This document shows, one piece after another, positions 62,892 through 64,000 of a stretch of 64,000 nucleotides of DNA (the stretch's first letter is position 1; each line of letters begins with the position of its first letter). The stretch comes from Squalus acanthias (lineage: Eukaryota). The notes under the pieces were generated by a model. That model was not told the origin of the DNA and made no database searches. It saw nothing but the letters and a program-made list of their open reading frames with translations. The stretch lies in contig CM059432.1 in NCBI GenBank assembly GCA_030390025.1, forward strand, positions 44,332,001 through 44,396,000, read 5' to 3'. The position numbers were made by a program, and so were the translations under genes.

Positions 62892-63039
62892 TTTGTCTTT
62901 TAACTGCACAGGGACGTAAGGGAGGTGTGACTTTTTAGGATGGTTAGATGTCTGTAAAGTTGAAGGTGATCATATTCATCTGTAGAAAGGAATACGGCCT
63001 AGGGTGATGAAAATTAACTTGTGCACAGGAGTGTTAGAA

Positions 63040-63511
63040 TGCCTGTGATAGTTCATGAGCAAGGACGAGGCCCAGGAGCGAGGACGAGGCCCGGGAGCGA
63101 GGACGAGGCCCGGGACCGAGGACGAGCCCAGCAGCGAGGTCGAGGCCCAGGAGTGGCGCAGCGTGGACCAGCAGCGGGGTCGGGAGGACCGCACTGCAGC
63201 CTATGAAACCCAGGCAGAGAGGACCTGCGGGAAGGAGGGAGGAGGACAGTAGGAGTATGTTTGTGTGTGTGTGCTAGGCCGATGTAGCAGAGCCTGGTCT
63301 CCAATCGTCTTGGATCCCCTTGCAATTGGACCAAGACCTTGCTCTGTTAAGCCCGTGTGGTAGCTGGTGTGCAACGGCCACCCCCACGTTAAAAGAATTC
63401 ACGCACAGGCATCTTCCACCCTTTAAAATGAAGTTCGGGATCTGGAACGTCAGGACCCTCATGGACAACTCCAACAGTGACAGACCGGAACGCCGTACTG
63501 CTATTGTTGCC
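63040..63511 (+). mobile_element. RTE LINE 5' end: tandem-repeat 5' UTR and start of the endonuclease ORF
   Basis: ATG 63428 begins MKFGIWNVRTLMDNSNSDRPERRTAIVA (WNVRTL is typical of RTE APE); truncated at about 63511. Confidence 0.82.
63057..63154 (+). repeat. Minisatellite, about 5 x 19 bp (GAGGACGAGGCCCRGGAGC)
   Basis: Units start at 63061, 63080, 63099, 63118 and 63136. Confidence 0.9.
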
Positions 63512-64000
63512 CTACAAAGCTTTACTCTTCCTTATTCTGCTGCTCCTACATGGTGCAACCTGTGTGGCAGAAGCAGAGGTAGAGGCAGGCTGCTTAGATC
63601 CCTGCTCTGACTGCTGAGATGCTCTTGGCCTACATCCTCTGGGTGTTGGAGCTTGTGAGGGTGCCGCCAATGACTGCTCCACCTGCACCTGTGCAAGGGC
63701 AGACTCAGCCATCGGGACACGAGGCAGCATGTGGGCTACTGACTGAGTGGTGGGCTGGGGGTGAGAAGTGGAAACACTTTGAGTGGAGTCCCCACTTCCA
63801 TGTCCCCTTTCGCCATCATCCTTCTCATGGCCCAGCCACACTTCACTACTACCACTGTGCTGGAGAGCACTTTGGTGTGGATCAGTGCAGCTTTGCAAGG
63901 CCAAGGCTACGGTATCTGTCAACCTATTTAAGGTGGCAGACATGTTGGCATCCAGAGTCTGCACGGTGCTTTACCAGGCGTGCATGGACACATGTGATTG
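63512..64000 (-). mobile_element. Probable Harbinger Myb-gene C-terminal remnant
   Basis: ORF 63512..63964 ends QPASTSASATQVAPCRSSR, like the QQPSTSHAAATG..R ending encoded at about 25025-25090 and 39230-39300. Confidence 0.55.

Noticed and set aside
63057..63154. Short regular repeats as a CRISPR array
   Set aside because: Head-to-tail units with no unique spacers, eukaryotic context, no cas genes.
63345..63360. AAGCCC as part of a twister ribozyme
   Set aside because: The adjoining GGUCCC segment and P1/P2 arrangement could not be found.

Overview
Repeat-dense vertebrate genomic DNA. The repeat set (CR1/HER1-like LINEs, SacSINE1-like DeuSINEs, Neptune-like Penelope elements, Harbingers) suggests a shark or other cartilaginous fish; this is inference. 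The window appears to lie inside one minus-strand host gene that I recognise as NECAB1. Three small GT-AG exons (49535-49414, 28950-28871, 10154-10101) splice in frame across introns of 20,463 and 18,716 bp. The rest is mostly decayed, nested transposons: CR1, L2 and RTE LINEs, Penelope-like elements, a solo LTR, two degraded two-gene Harbingers and many Harbinger-derived MITEs with 3-bp TSDs. The most notable signal is two unrelated, TSD-flanked, non-coding fold-back mini-elements (6325-6532, 34882-35149) carrying intact minimal hammerhead-ribozyme cores with a shared extra A. Also present: an RTE with a twin-priming-type 5' inversion, a multi-layer nested insertion stack, inverted repeat pairs bracketing NECAB1 exons, and a structured RTE 5' UTR. 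No database searches were run; family names come from recalled motifs, and the ends of old elements are approximate.
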